A DNA stretch of 64,000 nt from Cyanophora paradoxa CCMP329. Lineage: Eukaryota > Plantae > Glaucophyta. The notes beneath the pieces were generated by a model that saw only the letters and a list, made by a program, of their open reading frames with translations, was not told the origin of the DNA and searched no databases. Numbering within the stretch: the stretch's first letter is position 1; each line of letters opens with the position of its first letter. The position numbers were made by a program, and so were the translations under genes. Positions 10,218 through 22,217 of this stretch are shown here, piece by piece. The stretch spans positions 1-64,000 of the forward strand of contig QPMI01000243.1 in assembly GCA_004431415.1 (NCBI GenBank), given 5' to 3'.

Positions 10218-13200
10218 ATGGGGAAGGCGCGGTTCACGCTGCTGGACCTCGTGTCTGCGGTGCAGGGAATCAAGAGCAAGGTCGGATCCCGCCAGCCGCG
10301 CGTGCCGGACGCGCGGCCATCTGACGGCCACGCGCACGCTGTAGGTCCTCGGCGCGCGCGTGGCAAACGTTTATGACGTATCTCCGAAGGTCATCGCGCT
10401 TGCCGCCCGCCGCCACTTCTTACCGGCGCTCGCTCACTCGTGTGAACCCGCAGGTCTACCTGATCAAGCTCGCCAAAGGCGAGGAAAAGTTCATGCTGCT
10501 CATCGAGTCCGGCATCCGGTGCGCCCGCAGCGCTCGGCGGACTCGCGCGCCGCTGATCGGGCGCTCATTCAGGATCCACACGACCAAGTTCCAGGTGCGG
10601 CGCACATGCGCGGCGAGCTGGCTGTGCGCTCCAGCGCCGCCGCGGCCTGCGCCGACGGCGCTGCGCAGCGGGACAAGAGCCAGATCCCGAGCGGGTTCGC
10701 GCTGAAGCTGCGGAAGCACATGCGGACGAAGCGCCTGGAGGACATTCGCGTGCTCGGCTTCGACCGCGTCGTGGGTCCGCCAGCCGCCCCCGCCGGGGCC
10801 GGCGGGGCGGCTGACGGGCGGGGCAGAGCTGACGTTCGGCTCCGGGGAGAACGCGTGCCACCTGATTGTGGAGTTCTTCGCGCAGGGCAACGTCGTCCTC
10901 ACGGACAGCGCCTACGCCATCCTCTCCCTCCTCCGCACCCACGCCCACGACGAGTCGGCGCGCTTCGCGGTGCGGGAGACGTACCCCATGCAGGCGGTGC
11001 GCCCGGCGCTGGTGGCGATCACGCCGGCGGTGCTCGAGGGCGTGCTCGCCAAGGCCGAGGACGGGGGCGACCTGCGCGCCGCCCTCGCCGCCCCCGACGC
11101 CGAGACCGCCCAGTTCGGCCCCGCCCTCGTCGACCACGCCGTGCTGCGCGCCGGGCTGCCCCTGGGGGCGACGGTGGCGGACGGGAAGGCGGCGGCGGGG
11201 CCGCTGGCGCGGGAGCTCGAGGCGGCGGGGGCCCTGCTGCTGCGGGCCGCCCGCGAGGCCTCCCCGGCTACCTCCTCCTCGCCGCCCCCGCCGCCGACGG
11301 CGCCTCCAAGCGCGCCAAGAAGAAGGCCGCCAAGGCCGGCAAGGCCGGCGCCGCCCCGGAGGCCCCCGAGCCGGCCGCCGCCGCCCCGGGGGACGACGCC
11401 GCCGCCGTGCAGTACGTCTACGACGAGTACTCCCCCTGCCTCCTCGCCCAGGTGCCCGCCCCGCCCCGCCTCCCAGCCGCCCCCGCCGCCGCCGCCGCCG
11501 AGCCGACGGGGGCGGCGGGCAGCACGAGGGGACGCCGTGGCTGGCGCCGCAGGCGGCGCCGGTGGAGGCGGGGGCGGCGGCGGGGCCGGTGAGGGCGGCG
11601 CGGGAGGGGGCGCCCTCCTTCGCGACCTTCGACGAGGCGGTCGACGAGTTCTACTCCAAGGCGCGCCCCTCGCCGGCGCGGGCGCGGGGCCGGCGCGACC
11701 CCGCGGGGCGCAGGTGGAGAGCCAGAAGCTGGAGCAGCAGCGGCGGCAGCAGGAGCAGAGCGCGGCGAAGAAGCTCGCCTTCATCAAGGCCGACCACGAG
11801 CGCCGCATCCGCGAGCTCGAGGGGGCGCAGGAGGCGAACGTGCGCAAGGCGCAGCTCATCGAGGCGAACCTGGGGGAGGTGGAGGCGGCGATCACGACGA
11901 TGCGGGTGGCGGTGGCGCACGCCGTCGACTGGAACGAGCTGGGGCGGCAGATCAAGGCGGAGAAGAAGGCGGGGAACCCCGTGGCCGCCACCATCCACTC
12001 CCTCCAGGTGCCCCCGCCTCGCCTCGCCCCGCCCCGCCCCGCCCCGCGCCGCCTCGCGCCGGGCGCTGAGGCGGGGCGGGCAGCTGGAGCGGAACGCGGT
12101 GACGCTGCTGCTGACGGACCCGCTGGAGGACGCGGAGGAGGAGCGGCTCACGGCCGCCGCCACGCCCGTCGAGATCGACCTCGACCTCGGCGCCTACGCC
12201 AACGCCCGCACCTACTACGACCAGAAGGCGCCCCAGCCCGCGCGCTCCGCCCCGCGCCGGCGCGCCCTGAGCGGGGCGCAGCGGAAGACGGCGGCGAAGC
12301 ACGCGAAGACGGTGGAGGCGACGGACAAGGCGCTGAAGGCGGCGGAGAAGAAGACGCGCGAGGAGCTCAAGAAGGTCGCCATCACCTCCGAGATCAAGCA
12401 GGCCCGCCAGCGCGCGCCCCGCCCGCCGCTCGCGCCGGCGCGGGGCTCACGCGCGGCGCCCGCGGGCAGGTGCGGAAGACGTACTGGTTCGAGAAGTTCA
12501 ACTGGTTCGTGACGACGGAGAACTACCTCGTCGTCTCGGGGCGCGACGCCCAGCAGAACGAGACCCTCGTCAAGCGGCACATGCGCAAGGCCGGCCCCCG
12601 CCCGCCCCCGCGCGTCGCAGCCGGCGGGCTGACGGCGGGGGCGCAGGGGGACCTGTACGTGCACGCGGACATCCACGGGGCCGCCTCGTGCATCATCAAG
12701 AACCCCAGCGGGGCCCCCGTGCCGCCCATCACCCTCCAGCAGGCCGGCTGCATGACCGTCTGCCGCTCCAACGCCTGGGACGCCAAGGTCGTCACCTCGG
12801 CCTGGTGGGTCTACCACGACCAGGCAAGGCCCCGCGCCCCCCCCCCGCCCCTGTACCCGCCCGCCGGCCCCTGACCCCCACGGGGCAGGTGAGCAAGACG
12901 GCGCCGACGGGGGAGTACCTGGTGGCCGGCTCCTTCATGATCCGCGGCAAGAAGAACTTCCTCCCCCCCGCCCCCCTCATCATGGGCTTCGCCGTCCTCT
13001 TCAAGGCGCCCGCGCCCCGCCCCGCCCCGCCGGCCCGCTCTGAGAGGGGGGCGGGGGCAGCTGGCGGAGGAGTGCGTGGGGCGGCACGTGGGGGAGCGGG
13101 CGCCGCGGACGGGGGACGCGGAGGAGCACGCGCGGGAGCTCGAGCGCTACCAGCTCGAGGCCGCCCCCCGCCCCGCCGAGCCCCGCAGGGAGCCGGCCAG

Positions 13201-14854
13201 GGCCGAGGGGCCGGGACCGGCGGGGGCGGGGCGGGGCGGGGCCGGGGGAGGAGAGCGGGAGCGGGGGGAGGAGGAGGACATCTACGCGGCCATCGACGTC
13301 GCCCGCTCCCGCTCCGCCCCCTCCGCCTCCGCCCCGGGCCCCGCCCCGGCGGCCCCCCGCCCGCCCGCGGAGAGGCCGGCCCGCGGCGAGGAGGAGGAGG
13401 AGGGGCGGGGCGGGGAGGCCGGGGGCAAGGCGAAGCCGGGGGCGTACCTCACCGCGAAGCAGCGGCGGGACCTCAAGAAGGGCAAGGCCGGCGACGGCGG
13501 CGGCAGGGGCGGCGACGAGGCGGCCGGCGGGAGCTCGCCCCCGCCGCAGCCGCCCGCCCCGAAGCCGGCCAAGGGCAAGGAGAAGGAGAAGGAGAGGGGG
13601 GAGCAGAAGCCGCCCCAGCCGCAGCCGCAGCCGCAGGCGGCGGCCTCGAACGTGCGGGGCAAGAAGGGCAAGCTCAAGAAGATCAAGGAGAAGTACGCCG
13701 ACCAGGTGCTGCGTACCCTGCGCCTCCGGATCCCTCGTACCCCCCTGAGCGGGCTCCGGGGGCAGGACGAGGAGGACCGGGCGCTGGCGCTGGAGCTGCT
13801 GAAGCCGCATGGGAAGGAGGAGAAGAAGGCGGAGGCGCCGGCCCCCAGGCGCCCGCCCTCCGCGGGGCGCGGCAAGGCCCCCGCCCCCTCCTCCAACCTC
13901 GCCGACCGCACCTGCTTCCGCTGCGGCCAGAAGGGCCACCTCGTGCGCCCCGCCCCCGCCCCCGCCCCCGCCCCGCCCCGCGCCCCGCCGCGCCGACGCC
14001 GCCGCGCAGGCAAACGCGTGCAAGAACGCGGCCGGGGCGCACGTCTCAGCGGTCGCCCCGGCGGCCGCGGCGGCCGCGGACGGGCGGCCGCGAGCGATGA
14101 GCCGGCGGAGGCGGCGCCGGAGCCCGAGGCGGAGCCGGGGGCGGGGCGGGGGCGGAGAGCGGCGGGGAGGGCGCCTCGGGCAGCGGCAGCGGCAGCGGCA
14201 GCGAGGGCGAGGAGGGCGGGGAGGGCGGGGAGGGGGGTGCGGAGGGGCGGGCGGAGAAGGTGAGCCGGCGGCGGGCGGCGCGGGAGGCGCGGGAGCGGGA
14301 GCGGCGCGAGATCGCCGCCATCCTCGAGGAGGAGAACGTCGCCGAGCTCCCCGAGGCGCGCCCCCCGAGCCCCTCGCACCCGCATCCCCCTCACGAACGC
14401 AACGGGCGCAGGGCACGCTAACGTCGGAGCTGGACGCGCTGACGGGCATCCCCCGCCCCGACGACGGTGCCCGCCGCCCGCCCTGCCGCCCGGCCGGGGC
14501 CGGCCCCTCGCGCCTCCGCTGACGCCGGGGCCCGGGGGCAGTGCTGCTGTTCGCGGTGCCGGTGTGCGGGCCCTACTCGGCGCTCACGAGCTACAAGTTC
14601 AAGGTCAAGCTCGTGCCGGGGAGCCAGAAGAAGGGCAAGGGTGCGGCCGCGCCCCGCCCCGTCCCCCGAGCGCGGGCCCGGGGGCGAGGGGGCGGGCAGC
14701 GGCGCGGCAGGCGCAGGCGATGTTCGTGAAGCAGGGGGACGCGACGGCGCGGGAGCGGGACCTCGTCAAGGCGCTGGGGGAGAACGAGCTCTTCCAGGCC
14801 ATGATCGGCTCCGTCAAGATCGCCTCCCCCGGCGCCCACGCCGCCAAGAAGTAG
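10218..14854 (+). CDS. NEMF: Ribosome quality control factor NEMF/Rqc2 with an internal CCHC zinc knuckle
   Basis: [137 protein letters not shown]. One apparent 1-nt indel near 11260. Confidence 0.95.
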
Positions 14855-15753
14855 GCCCCCGCCTGGGCTCCTGTCGAACGAAGCAGGGCCAATACACGCT
14901 GAAGGCTCCGGGGGAGGTACTGAGGCAGGCCGCGTCTCTGGGGCAGGCCACTCATTTTTTGCGGGGGCTCGTTTTCGCGAATCTCGGTCCCTCCGGCCTC
15001 CTACCCGTAACCCTCGATCCGCGACGAAATTCGGGAGTCACTGAGTCCTTCCCGAGTCTGGGCGCCGGCAGTAGTTTTCCAACCGTTGAACTTTTTTGGC
15101 ACGCGCAAGCTAGCGCTTAAGAAGGGGCGCTGTACGTCACAGCCCCGCGTGAAATCTATGCAGCTGTCAATTACGTCGATCACGTGCACGCCGCGGTGAC
15201 GCATTTGCAATTCAAGATCATCGGATCCACCGATTGCGAGTCAAGACCGTACGCGTCGGACTGCAGTTCCAAGTTCATATGGGGCTGGGCCTCGCCGGCC
15301 CTCCCCCGCAGCGGCGCCTAGGCCTAGCCTATAGCTACTGCTCAGCGGCTGACAAAATTGAAACCTTTGAAGAAACAAATTAGTTGTGTGCGTATATACG
15401 TAGAAGGAAACTTGAACTCGAAAACTTCCTAGGCTCTGGAAAATTCCAAAAATTCTATTCAGGACAGTGCTTTGTCAACTTTCCTAAGATTCAAATGCAC
15501 TATGAAGCAAACGAACATTTGAAGGGGGCCTCTTTGAGGCTCTACGAAAGCAGTGATGACATCAGAGCCACACACAGATCTAGAGTGGCAGAGCGGGTCA
15601 ACTAACTGGACCTCCGAACTCCACGGAACTCGGGAGAACATTGCGAACTTTGCGGTAGATACACGCGCGCGCGGCCGCATAGCCGGCGGCGGCCGAGGCC
15701 GGGCGGCGGGCGCCGGCTTGGGGCGCGCGGGGCGGGCCGGGCCGGGGCTGCGG

Positions 15754-17374
15754 TCAGGGGCGCCGGAGGGCGCGGAGCTCGAGGGTGGCGGCGGCGATGG
15801 TGTCGGCGTGCGAGAGGGCGGCCTCGGCGGCAGCCCGCGCCCGGAGCGCCGCCGCCCGCACCAGCATCGCCTCCTTCTCCAGCTCCTCCGCCACCTCCTC
15901 CGCCCTCCGCTTCCTCTTCTGCGCACCCCCGGCCGCGGCCCGTCAGCAGCCGCGGGACTGCCGTCGCCGCCGCCGCCGCGCGCGCTCGGACCTCGCCGCG
16001 GGGGCCCTGGCCGGCGGGGCTGGAGGGGCCGGCGACGGGGGCCGCCTCGCCGGCCGGGGCCCGCGAGCCCGCGTCGTCGGCCTCCTCCGCTTCCTCGGGC
16101 TCGTCCAGATCCACCGGCGCCCGCCGCCCAGGCCCCGGCCCCCCCGCCCCGCCGCCCCCGCCCCTGCCCCCGCCGCCCCCGGCCGGCCGCCGGCGGCTGC
16201 TCGGGGGCCTTCCCCGTGCCGCCGCCCTCCCCTCCCCCTCGCGCTCGCCCGCGGCGGCCTGCAAGGGGCGTCAGGTCTACGGGTCAGCCGGGGGCGCCGG
16301 GTGGGCGGGCGGGCGCTGCGCACGGCGGGGGCGGGGGCCTCCTCCAGGCCCTGGCCCCGGCCCAGGGGGCGGGCGGGGGCGGGGGCCTCCTCCGAGGACC
16401 CGCGCCGCGCATCATCCGCGAACTGGACCTTCTTCTGCGCGCCCGGGGGCTTCGCGCCGGCGCCGCTTGCCGGGACGACCGGGGCGTCCGGCACGGCCGG
16501 GGGCGTGGCGGCGGCTGTCGCCGTCGCCGGCGCTGCCGGCCTTGGGCGGGGGTTCGGCGACGGCGAGAGGGTGATCACGACGGGCCGGTTTGTGCCGCGC
16601 TCCACCGTGCGGCCCCGCTGCGGGTCCGGGCCTGTCCGCCCCCTGTCAGCAAGGTGATTCCGGACCCGCGGCCATGCGACGAGGCGCACGCTTCGGGGTA
16701 GTGCACGTGGGCCCGGGCAGCTGCCGGTCGGCCTTCACGCTGCCCTGCTTCGCGGTGCACGTGAGCTGCAGGCCGAGGTTCTTCGCCTTCCTGACGATCG
16801 CGTCAATCGAACGCCGTCGTTTTCCGACAAGCATGTCCTGCGGATCGCGAGGCGCGAGCTCGAGTTAGAAGCGGCTTTGAGAATGAGCCCGCGCATGCAC
16901 AATGACGCAGACCAGGATGTCCGGATTCCCGCCGCTCAGAGTCATGTAGCGTCTGGCGAAGGCGGGGAAGCTCTCGCCGTCATTCCGTTTCTCTTTGAAC
17001 TCTTCAACCAGAGCCTCTACAGTCCTCTCGTCTTTAGGTTCGTACTTGCGAACTGCAATGGTATCAGCTCAGTGCCGCGAAGTGAATGCTCGTGTATATG
17101 GCAGCGCGTACATGTGCGCCCGCGCGCAGGCGAACGCACAAGTGAGGTCCGTCGACGTCGGCCCGGCGGCCGAGGCGCGGTTCTCTTGCTCTTCGAAGGA
17201 GGTATCGTAGTCCGACTCGCTGCGGGACGAGCGCTCAAGCGAAACTGCACAGGAGCCGCGCGGCCCCCGGGGCGGGCCGGCTTGCGCACGGTTCCGACTC
17301 GGTCGGCCGCGGCCGCGGCTTGCTTGGCGCTTTGCGTTGCTTGCTGGCCGACTTGACTTTTTGATGGTGGCCAA
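15754..17374 (-). CDS. Hypothetical nuclear protein: AT-hook-like motif, Myb/HTH-like segment, low-complexity region, C-terminal coiled coil
   Basis: Spliced model: MATIKKSS...RGRGRP...KYEPKDERTVEALVEEF...RRRSIDAIVRKAKNLGL...KRKRRAEEVAEELEKE...RALRRP-stop. Typical GTGCG...GCAG introns. The domain call is weak. Confidence 0.55.
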
Positions 17375-17843
17375 TCGCCTTGGTACGCGCCATGTATGCT
17401 GGTGTCGAGCGGAACAACTACGGCCTGAGCCTTCGCCTGGTCGGGTTTGCCGGTTTCCGCGGTTCGAGACAACCGGATTGATGCGCGAAGTCGCCGGGAC
17501 GAGCGGGGCGCGTCGGGGCGTTCTTTAGAATTCGCGGTCAGGCTGAGCGTGCGCCTGACTGCGGGGTACGCCGCCACGGTTTGCAGGGGGTACGTTGCGG
17601 AACTGGCTGATCAGGTGGCTCAGGTGGCCGACTCAGCAGCATATGCATATGCATGCACATGGACTGCAGCTGCATGCGCAGATCGTCGAGGCGTTGAATA
17701 GTGGGCGCTGCAGCTGGCGCCGGCTGTCACGAAGAACGCTGTACCACCCCTGTTTCGTTTTTTTTGAGGGAGCGCTTGGCCAGTAGCGGCGCAGGCACGC
17801 CGTCCCTTCGCTAGAGAGAGAGAGGCACGCGAAGCGAAGCGCG

Positions 17844-20800
17844 ATGGACCGCACGGACGACATCGCGGACGCTCTGGTCGTGTGCTTCCTCGCCGATGGC
17901 CGGTGCGGCGTCTTCGCGCGAGTTCGCGGCCCTCCAAACTCCAGCTAACTGTCGGCGCCAACGACAGACAGCCACCCGTGTCGCTGCGGACGCGGATCAC
18001 GACACATCAAGGGGAGCCCGGCAAGCGCGTCGTGCTGGGGCGGCGCGACGACGGCACGACCTTCGTCGCGTTCCTCACCACGCAGTGGTCGGAGTACCTC
18101 ACGGCGCTGGCGACCTCGGCGCTGGCAGCCGACGGCATCCTGGGTAGCTGGCTCCCGCGATCCACGTACTGGTGAACCAGCATTAGATTTACCTAACATG
18201 TTTGACGCAGAATATGCGCGTAGCGGCGACCTGGGGCACTTCCTCACGGTGCCGCGGGCCTTCCTCGTCGAGCTCCTCGAAACCTCGAAGCGCCTCGTGC
18301 TCTGCGGGCACGGCGCGGGCGGGGCGGCGGCCGTGCTCGCGGGGTCCTTCCTGGCGCTGGAGTGCGAGGATGCGTCGAAGGGCCTGACGCCCGAGGCGGT
18401 CGCCTCGGGGGAGGAGGCGCTGAAGCTGAAGGAGAAGCTCTCGATCGTGACGTTCGGGGGGCCGGCGTGCGCGCCCTGGGGCCCCCTCCTCGCGGGCCGC
18501 CTCCGCGACGTCGGCATCGCCGCCAACACCACCCACCTCCTCCGCGACGACGACCCCGTCCCCGGCCTCTTCTTCTCCGCCGGCAGCAAGCTCCCCGCCG
18601 CCCCCGCCTACCAGCGCCCCGCCCCGCCCCCCGGCCCCTCCCTCCCCACCACCGCCAAGGAGGCCGCCGCCGCCGCGCGCGAGGCGGCGGCGGCGGCGGG
18701 GGCGGAGGCGGCGCGCGTGGGCGACGCCGTCAAGTCCGCCGCCGTCAGCAAGAGCCTCGGGGCCCTCCAGAGCGGTGCGCGGCGCGCCCCCGCGCCCCCC
18801 CCCCCCCCCCCCCCCCCCCCCCAGCGCCCCGCGCCCCGCGCCCGACGCCCCCGCGCCCCGCGCCCGACGCCCCCGCGCAGCCCTCTACTCCTCGGGCACC
18901 CTCGCGGGGGCCTCGTACCCCCTGCTCGTGAAGCTCTTCACGCCGGGCCCCGCCCCCGCGGCCACCGCCTGCCGCGTCTTCCCCGGCAACGTGCACGTGC
19001 TCAGGTGAGCGCGCGCGGCGGCGGGGGCAGGGGGCAGGGGCGGCGCCGACGGGCGGGGGCGGCAGCGAGCGGGAGGGGGCGGCGGCGAGGTTCTTCCACC
19101 TGCCGGCGGACGAGGACGTGCTGCAGGCCCTCTCCGAGGCGCTCTCCCTCCTCCCCGCCTCCGCCCTCCACGCCGCCCGCGCCGCCGCCGAGAAGGCGAG
19201 CGTCCCCGCCCCCGCCCCCGCCCGCGCCGGCGCCCCGAGCGCCGCTCACCGGCAGCACGCAGCACTCGCTGCCGGCGTACGCGTCGGCCTTCCTCGCCGT
19301 CTCCTCCCCGCCGGGCGCCGCCTCCTCGCCCGAGGCGGCGGGCGAGGTGAACATGATCGCCGCGGGGCGCATCGCCCGCATCGCGGTGGACGCCGTGGAG
19401 ATCTCGGCGCGCCACACGCGCGACCAGTGCCTCGTCCGCGTCGCCGTCCGCGGCGAGGGCCTCTCCCAGGCGCGCCCCGCAGGAGGGGAGGGAGGGGGGC
19501 CCGCGCGCCCGCTCTGAGGCGCTTCCCGGCAGGTCCTCGAGGCGGAGCTGGCGCCGAGCCTGCCGGCCACGCGGGCCCTCCAGCGCGTGGGCTACACCCC
19601 GGCGGCCCCCGCCGGCGGCCGCTGCCTGGTGCTCGAGGCGCCGCTCCCGGCCGGCTGGCGCTTCGCGGTGGGCTCGGAGGCGGGCCCCGTGGCGCTGCGG
19701 CTCTCGGGCCCGTTCGCGTCGGCGGCGGTGGCGGTGACGGCGCGGTGCCTGCGGGACTCGCCTCAGCTGCGGGCGCGCGTCGGGCGCCTCTCTGCCTCGG
19801 CGGTCGTCGAGTGCGCCGCCTCCGTCGCCCTCCTCGAGCTCCTCTCCGACCCGCCCCCGCCCATCCCCGCCCCCGTCCTCGCCCCCGCCCCCGTCGCCGC
19901 CCCCGGGGAGGAGCCCCCGCCCCGCCTCAGCCGCTGGGCCGCCGACGCCGTCGAGAAGCTCGACAAGGTGCGCTCGCTCGCTCGGAGGCCGCTCCGGCAG
20001 CGCTGAGGGCGGGGCGGGCAGGGGCTGGCGTCGCTGCACGCGGAGGACTTCGCGACGTACTGCACGCGGCAGCTCTTCGAGTACCTGAGCGCCCACGACC
20101 GGCACCGCCAGCGCCGCGCCATGCAGGCCGCCGCCGCCCGCGCCGCCGAGGCCGCCCTCGCCGCCGTCGCCGCCGCCACCATCGCCGACCCGGGGAGGCC
20201 CCCGCCGAGCCCGAGCCCGAGCCCGAGGCCGAGGCCGGGCCCGAGGCGGAGGCGGAGGCGGAGGGCGCGCCGGAGCCCGAGGGCGAGGGCGAGGGCGCGG
20301 GCGCGGGCGAGGGCGGGGCCGCCAGGCCGGCGGCGGCGGCCAAGGCCAAGGGCAAGAAGGCGGCGGCGGCGGCGGCGAAAGGCAAGAAGGCGGCGGCCCC
20401 TGCGGCCCCTGCGGCCCCGGCGGCGGGGCGGCCGCGCCGGATGTGCCGCCAGAGCCGGCGGCGCCGACGCCCGAGTCCGGGCGGGACCTCGTCGAGGGGC
20501 CCATCGGCGCCCTCCTCAGGCGCCCCCGCCCCGCCGCGCCTCCGCACCCCCCCCCCCCCCCCCCCTCACGCGGGCGGCGGCGCAGGTCGCTGGCGTTCCT
20601 CTCGGCGACGCTGCCGGCGGGGCTCGTGCCGCTGCACCCGCAGGACCTCGCCGCCGCCCGCACCGCCTTCGCAGAGTCCGCCCCCCGCTTCCCTCCCGCC
20701 CGCCCCGCGCTCCGCCTGACGGGGCCGGGGCGGCGTGGGGCAGCGCGGCGGGGGCGCTGGAGGCGGGGGCGCTGCGTGCGCGGGTGGAGGAGCTGCCGCG

Positions 20801-21997
20801 GCTCTTCCGGGACGCCGGCGCGCCGCTCGCCTTCGCGGAGCGCGAGCGGCTGCTCGCCGGCCTCTCCCGCTGCTCCTTCGCCGCCCTCGCCGCCGCCCTC
20901 GCCCGCGCCCCCGCCGCGCCCGAGGCCCCGCTCCTCGCCGACGACTTCGTGTTCCTATCGGCCCTCCTCAACCAGGCGCGCGCGCCCCGCGAGCGATGCC
21001 GCCCAGCCGAACGAGCTCGCCCCTGAGGGGCCCCCGCGTGGCAGGTGCTGGACGGGAGCGAGTCGAAGTGGATCGTGGGCCCCGCGACGGGCGGCGAGGG
21101 GGCCCCCAAGGGCCCCAAGGCCTTCTTCAAGGCGCTGCTGGAGGAGGTGCGGGAGGGGGCGGGGCGGGCCTCGGGGGGGCCCATCACGGGCCCCTCGTAC
21201 ACCCACCGCCTCTTCGCCCTCGCCGGGGCGCACGGCATCCCCCCGGCCTTCGACGACTCCTACGCCGAGAGCCGCCTCATCAACTCCGCCCACTTCGGTG
21301 CGCGCCGCGGGCCTTCCGCCGGCGATCCGCCTGCTGACGCCGCGCGATCGCCAGGGGACGTGAAGCTCGTGTACCTCCTCCGGCAGGCCCTCTGGTCGGC
21401 CCCTGCCGCCACCCTCGTCGTCGGCGCCCCCAGGGCCGGCAAGTCCTCCCTCCTCCGCATCCTCCTCGGCCCCGCCGCCGTCCCCGCCGGCCCCTCCGGC
21501 GGCCCCGTGCGCGCCTACGTCGCGGAGGGCGCCGCGGGGGGGGCCCCGCAGGTCGCCGCCGAGCTCTGCTTCGACCGGCGCGCCGCCGCGAGCGAGGCGG
21601 CGCGCCCGCGGCGGCTCGCGCACTCGCTGCTGCCGGCTGCGGCGGCGGTGATCGGGTGGTGGAGTGCGGGGCGGCGGCGGAGGGGGCCGACGCGGCGGTG
21701 GAGGCGGCGGAGCTGCTGCGGCGCGCCGCCGGCCTCGGGTGCCCCGCGGTGGCGGTGCTGACGCGGTGCGACGCGCTGTACGCGCCCGAGGGGGAGGAGC
21801 GGGTGGAGCGCTTCCAGGCGGCGGTGCGGCAGGCGGCGGAGCGCATGCGGGTGCTCGCCGGCGAGGCGGTCCCCGTCCTCGCCGCCGTCCTCAGCGAGGC
21901 CGCCGCCGACGCCTTCGTCGCCCTCGCCCCGGAGGGCATCCGCATCCTCGACCCCAAGGCCCTCGCCCCCGCCCTCCGCTCCGCATGCTCCCCGTAG
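17844..21997 (+). CDS. Lipase class 3-like alpha/beta-hydrolase domain (nucleophile Ser replaced by Gly) fused to a C-terminal P-loop domain
   Basis: RLVLCGHGAGGAAAVLA, IVTFGGP and DDPVP are class-3 lipase motifs. C-terminal TLVVGAPRAGKSSLL (Walker A) and VAVLTRCD (G4-like). Probable indels near 20205 and 21655. Confidence 0.75.
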
Positions 21998-22217
21998 CCG
22001 ACCCACCTCCGATCCGAGCCCGGCTGTTCAACACCTGTTTCCTTTCTCTTACACACATGGCACTCGGGCGCATGGACTGACATTAAAAAGAATGGACTCC
22101 TATATGTAAAGAACGAGCGCGCGGGGACCGAAGATAGCTGGCAGTTGGACGCGCGCTCGCGGGCCGGCGGGGGCTCGCGCCGGCGGCCTCCCCTCTCTTC
22201 TGCGAGGCCTGGGCCCC

